Source of the DNA: Octopus vulgaris
Taxonomy: Eukaryota
DNA length: 64,000 bases
Direction: 5' to 3'
Assembly: GCA_951406725.2 (NCBI GenBank)
Contig: OX597835.1
Coordinates: forward strand, 8,742,001 to 8,806,000
Shown: positions 57,908-64,000 of the stretch, one piece after another
How the letters are laid out: each line of letters starts with the position of its first letter
Numbering within the stretch: the stretch's first letter is position 1
The notes under the pieces: generated by a model
Database searches by the model: none
What the model was told of the DNA's origin: nothing
Seen by the model: the letters and a program-made list of their open reading frames with translations, nothing else
Made by a program: the position numbers and the translations under genes

Positions 57908-58039
57908 CTTGAATGCATGGTTGCATACATACATACATACAAACAAACATGCATATATACATAGTGTACGTATAAGAATCTATCTCTACCCTGACGGTGT
58001 CGAAAGTCTCTTCCTTCTAATCATCTCCTATCTTTTAGA

Positions 58040-58600
<561 letters not shown>

Positions 58601-59301
58601 TCCCAATAGACATAATCATAATATTAATGTATTTCTGTATGTGGAAACTAATAAACAATGCATAGCATCACCTGAATTTATAATAACACGTTATGAATAA
58701 AACTAATGACGTTTTATAAAGCATTGTTAGTTTTATAACAAATTTAATATTTTGAATATTTCCAAATGTAAATAGGCATTCATTTCACGGAAAATTCATT
58801 AAATGTATCAATGCACGTTGATACAAGATCAGTGCGTTCGTTTCTCGTGTTCTCTTCAATAACGTGAAAGTCGGTGACATATTTCAGAAGGTCGTATCTC
58901 TCGGTAGTATTTTATCCATTTTCTAATCAACAATAAAGATTATGAAGTTGTAAGCTACCGATTAAAGTAGCTACCATTGACACTAAAGCCTATATAATGC
59001 AATGGGATCAGGCATATTTACTGTAAATGGCTTCGGCAAAATCGATCACCTGACCAACCAAATTTTCTATAAACGTATCGATATTTTCATCGAGTCCATC
59101 GCACAGAATGGTAGATTTCACGTAAATAATCACATCCTTTTTAAAATTGGAAGTTTGTTCTACATTCCTGTTGAAAACGTACATAATATTTTATCTGCAG
59201 CGTTATGGGTGTCTGGCAAGTTTATGAAAAAAGTGTATTAATGCAATCTCTCCAATGCAACTGTCCAATGTTCTGTAAGCGTATACAGGGCTAACGAATA
59301 A

Positions 59302-59497
59302 CATATATGCATTACAATATAAAGAATGTATTTAAGTGATTCCTTTGCAAATATGTTTTAAGTCACCCCAAACTACCAGAACTCTGATTAAGAACCTTCC
59401 AACCGACACCCTCCGCTCTTTTTACGAAGATGTCTTCCAACTCATCCTTGCACTATTTTAACACCAGAATAAGACTTGATGGTTATTTACTGAATAA
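59302..59497 (+). repeat. ~195-bp dispersed direct repeat, copy 2
   Basis: Highly similar to 55387-55582. Confidence 0.85.
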
Positions 59498-59618
59498 CAA
59501 TTAACCGCGATCTCTACAAGAGACCGAGTAAGCCCTGTCATTGAATCCAGCTAAAAATCAACGTTATTTTTGAAAGCTCGCTTCAGAACAGCTGAATGGG
59601 GAGAATATATACGAAAAC

Positions 59619-59923
59619 GTGGAGGCGCAATGGCCCAGTGGTTAGAGCAGCGGACTCGCGGTCGCAGGATCGTGGTTTCGATTTCCAGACCGGGCGTTGT
59701 GAGTGTTTATTGAGCGAAAACACCTAAAAGCTCCACGACGCTCCGGCAGGGGTTGGTGATCCCTGCTGTACTCTTTTACCACTCTTTCTCCCACTCTTTC
59801 TTCTGTTGGCCTGCTCGCTTAGCCAGCGGGGTGGCGTCATTCGAAGGCTAAAACAATGCGAACGCATTATGACCAGCGATGTGTAACAACATCTGATGGT
59901 CTGGTCGGTCACGTGATCACGTG
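59619..59923 (+). mobile_element. SINE with a family B head and an alternative 3' module
   Basis: First ~160 bp match family B, then ...gccagcggggtggcgtcattcgaagg...ggtcacgtgatcacgtg; TSD ATATA(C/G)GAAAAC. Confidence 0.85.
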
Positions 59924-60559
59924 ATATAGGAAAACAAATCGCAAACATTTTGAAGAACGGTATTTGGTAAGAATAGGGAAGAAAGAGAGGATATTCATTA
60001 CAGAAACAAAAAAACGAAGAATTTTCTACAAGAAAAGTGTATTTTGGTTTGTCGGTAAAAGATGCATACAGTATGTGAGTATTTCTTCCTCCGATTTTAG
60101 ATCAAATTTATTCTTGAATATCCCCATCATCTCATTTTAGCATGTTTTCATTATGTCACATTTATTTGAGAATGCCCCCGTTAGTTACAAGATCCTTACG
60201 GGAGTTGCCTCTGCTTTACCACATTTTAACATAAATATTAGGTTGAAGGATATGTCAATCTTGGTCGCATATCTTCCGAGTGGACGACACTTTTATCAAC
60301 GTAATGGTATTCTAACGGGAACAATCAGAAAAGTAAATCCTTGTATTTAATAGGCGAACCTGTCGAACTGATGAGGGTGCCCCTACTCTTCACTCAACCT
60401 GCTAGAAATAACAACCAAATCTCTCGCATTGAAACCTACAGATTTAAATATGGAAATATACGTTTGCTAATATCGTACCCGATGTTCAAATGAGTCATGC
60501 TGGAATGCACTTGAAGATATGCCTGATCAATTAATTTTAGATGAGATGCAGCAGGGATT

Positions 60560-60610
60560 TTTGTCAGTGAACAGGTCGCGGTCTTAAAGCGATGAAAATA
60601 TTTTGACAAA
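60560..60610 (+). ncRNA. Putative type I hammerhead ribozyme, G3-C8 variant, in a pLTR-like repeat (60550-60690)
   Basis: UUUGUCA-GUGAACA-G-GUCGC(ggucuuaaa)GCGAU-GAAA-AUAU-UU-UGACAAA; perfect 7-bp stem I. Confidence 0.6.
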
Positions 60611-61483
60611 TTAAACTTGAATGTCGAAGTGAACCGAACGGATTTAGTGTGTTTCTTAAATGGCTTACAAACACCTTCCACACTGCAATTAATTTTAAGA
60701 ACTCCGTGTAATGTAAATCTTTGCTGTTCAAGCTCAACGTTCTCAATAAATCATAAAAGGATGCAAAACATCGTATATTCTCATTTTGCACATTTCAGAA
60801 AAAGTGTTAGGTGGAGAGCATTAGATGGGGCCAATTGTAAAATGTCATCTCTGATCATAATTACTTTAAATTATACATTTATACTCTACAACTGAAAACA
60901 CACTTCTGATAACAGGCACTGGATAGCCATATTCACCCAGTAATGCCACATTGATAAAACATTGAGTATGTGGCTTATACACAAATGAATTTCATTCTTG
61001 ATGTCTTAGTAGTTTTGTAAGATTTATTCCGCAGCATTTTTTAAAACTATGATGATTAAAATCTTATAAGTGATCCTAAATACTTTGTGTATGTAACTAG
61101 TATAGTAGATAGAAAATTCCTCGAATCTATGTGTTAGAGCTCACATTGATATATCTATGGTCGGGTCGTCGAGGACAAACTGGTAACCCTACCGAGCTTG
61201 TTCGGTGAGGAGGTCACCCTGTGGGATGAAAAGTAAGACCCGTCAAAACTTGAAGGAACTCATGAGTATTCAACGGCTATCCAACAATGTGTGGGGTGCT
61301 ATTTTGAGATGTTTGTGCACGTGTGTGTATATTGTTTAATATATGTACCAACTGAAAGACGCGTTGTTTCGTCATCAGTCTACTGGTTTTAAAAATATAT
61401 TGACGGTTACTTTAACAACGAGCGTTTGGTCATTTTTTGTTTTTAGTTTCAGCTCAGAGCTGCGGCCATGCGGATGCACCGCC

Positions 61484-61516
<33 letters not shown>

Positions 61517-63132
61517 TATGACGCTAGGGTATCATATTTAGCTTCATTTTCAAACTGAACTTATTTCATTGCACACTCGTCAGAATGATAGGAACGTCAA
61601 TGGTTATAACCGTGAAGTAACGCCACATTTTAGTATCTTATAATATCTTTAATTTCCTGTAGGTTGGGCAGTTTAATGCTGAATTCTGCGTTCCGAATAT
61701 GCTTCTTCATCGATATGCTTCTTCATCGAGATTTCACCAGTAATTAACTGACTCAATCAACTTGCCATTTGATAATAAATTTGTACATTTATGATACACG
61801 TTTCCTAGATGAAGGGGGGGGGGCAGAGGAGGAAGCATTGACCGATGTTTTAGGGAGCTTGTGAAGTTATCGATTAAGAGAGGCTGTACGATAACATTTA
61901 AAAATAAGAGAACAAAATGTGCAGACGGAAAATGGGGAAGACTAAATCAATTCCTGGAAGGAATTCTTCCAAAGCCCAAATTGGCGAACGTTCAAGGTTA
62001 GAGAAAAAGGTGTACTTGTAGGAAGATACAAAATTTAATATTCCCCTATATCGTTATCTTCTTAAACAGCTGCAGATGGCACATAATTAAGTGATGGTAA
62101 CTATACCTGCACATTAGTGGTGCCTGCACACTAGTAGAACCTAGTAATGTTCCAAATTCAGAAAATGCAATTGATACGGCAAAGTGTAGCTCTAATCAAG
62201 ACAGACTAAGAAAAAAATTGTCCAATTTATATTAATTAAATATAGATTCTACAACCAGAAGACAGTTTACAGCTTCGGCAGGAAACAGGAAACGAAACAA
62301 CGAATGAAATACAATATTTGGGTTTATTACTGACCTTAACATTGTTACAAGGTGTCCAATAAAAATATGCATGAATTTATTCCTACAAAATATATGCATA
62401 GGATTACGTATATTTGTATATATACATGCAGATATTTATGTATCGGTCCATCTGCCTGTCTATTTGTCTATGTATGTATATGTGTATATATGTATGGATC
62501 TATCTAATATATATATATACAAATATATTAGACGACTTTACTGTATATGATAATGCCCACACATCTATCGCCTTGTGGGTATATACATATGCGTGAATGG
62601 GTATGCATATGTGTCCATTTATATATATATATGCACGGCTTGATGTTTACTTATAACTCGTTGCAATTCTGAACAGTTATTGACTGTGCAGTGCCACAAC
62701 TTACCAATTAATGTCTAATTTGAAAAATCTTCAGATATTCTGTAATAAGATTTTTATTAATATCATTAAGTGATCTGTCTTGTAGCAATTAACTGGTCTT
62801 TATTAATTAATGCTCGCTAATAATGTGTTTTCTGTTGTTATTTATTCATTTCATACATTTAAGTTTTATATTCATAAAGTCATCTCAATTTTCCAGGAAA
62901 ATTTGTGCTCTTCAAATTCAAGTGTACTCTTTATTTTTCAATTTTCTTTTCCTTATTCATTATAGAAGACGTTTTGCGTTTCTGAATCATGTCTGTCTGA
63001 ATTTGGGATTGAAATCTCCCTCACACCGGCTCAAATTAACCTTTTCATTCATTTTAATTTTTTTTGTTTTTAATATCATAAATACTTAATGTGCCGATAT
63101 CAATTCATTCTGTACGTCTGTGTAAAGCTATC

Positions 63133-63292
63133 GTACAGAGTGACTGTGTGGTAAGTAGCTTGCTAAACAACTACATGGTTCCGGGTTCAGTCCCACTGCG
63201 TGGCATCTTGGGCAAGTGTCTTCTGCTATAGCCCCGGGCCGACCAATGCCTTGTGAGTGGATTTGGTAGAGGGAAACTGAAAGAAGCTTGTC

Positions 63293-63356
<64 letters not shown>

Positions 63357-63593
63357 ATATATATATATGTATGTGTGTGTGTTTGTGTGTCTGTATTTGT
63401 CCCCCTAGCATTGCTTGACAACCGATGCTGGTGTGTTTACGTCCCCGTCACCTAGCGGTTCGGCAAAAGAGACTGATAGAATAAGTACTAGGCTTACAAA
63501 GAATAAGTCCCGGGGTCGATTTGCTCGACTAAAGGCGGTGCTCCAGCATGGCCGCAGTCAAATGACTGAAACAAGTAAAAGAGTAAAAGAGTA
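63133..63593 (+). mobile_element. SINE family A
   Basis: Family match with AAAAGAGT tail. Confidence 0.92.
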
Positions 63594-63619
63594 TCTAAAA
63601 ATGATAATTGTTTTCAACT

Positions 63620-63885
63620 TCATTATGATCGACATCATCGCTGTCACCATCTTTACCACCGACATCGTCCAACCTCCATCACCGTCGTCGACAACGACGT
63701 CGTCATCATTATAAACCTCGCTGTCATCGTCGTAATCAGCAACATCATCATTGACGACATCATCATCGTTGTAGTCGACATGGTCAAGATCATTAAGCTC
63801 CTCATCATGATGATGATCATCATCATCCTCAGTATCATCGTTGCTAACATCGTACTCTTTATCATCATCGGTGTCGTCGCTGTCG
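63620..63885. repeat. Degenerate (CAT/CGT)n trinucleotide region
   Basis: Directly visible. Confidence 0.85.
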
Positions 63886-64000
63886 GATGCATATTTATTC
63901 CTGTCTACAGGACTAATTAATGGAATCTAATTGGTCTCGTGTAATTGAAGCAGCCTTGGGATGCTATGCTATGCTCTCTCTCTCTCTCTATATATATATA

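Noticed and set aside
61155-61290. GC-richer island as a possible retrotransposon 5' UTR or HDV-like ribozyme
   Set aside because: Could not build the nested double pseudoknot by eye; insufficient support.

Overview
AT-rich, repeat-dense eukaryotic DNA with no intact protein-coding gene. Most listed ORFs are microsatellite or SINE artefacts. The repeat content resembles a coleoid cephalopod, probably Octopus (inferred from recalled SINE families, not from a search). The window holds at least four tRNA-headed SINE families, many with target-site duplications, plus non-autonomous Helitrons, MITEs, decayed RTE, R4/Dong, Tc1 and possibly Gypsy fragments, and many (TA)n/(GATA)n/(ATT)n arrays. The most interesting signal is a set of short, often microsatellite-associated and partly inverted elements carrying type I hammerhead-ribozyme (HHR) cores with tiny self-complementary stem III, as in Penelope-like elements (PLEs). 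Two cases stand out: a tRNA-headed SINE-like element ending in an HHR with an inverted HHR copy in front of it (22373-22940), and a two-copy family whose core has the C3-G8 pair swapped to G3-C8 (43938-43988, 60560-60610). All structures were folded by eye and need computational and biochemical confirmation.
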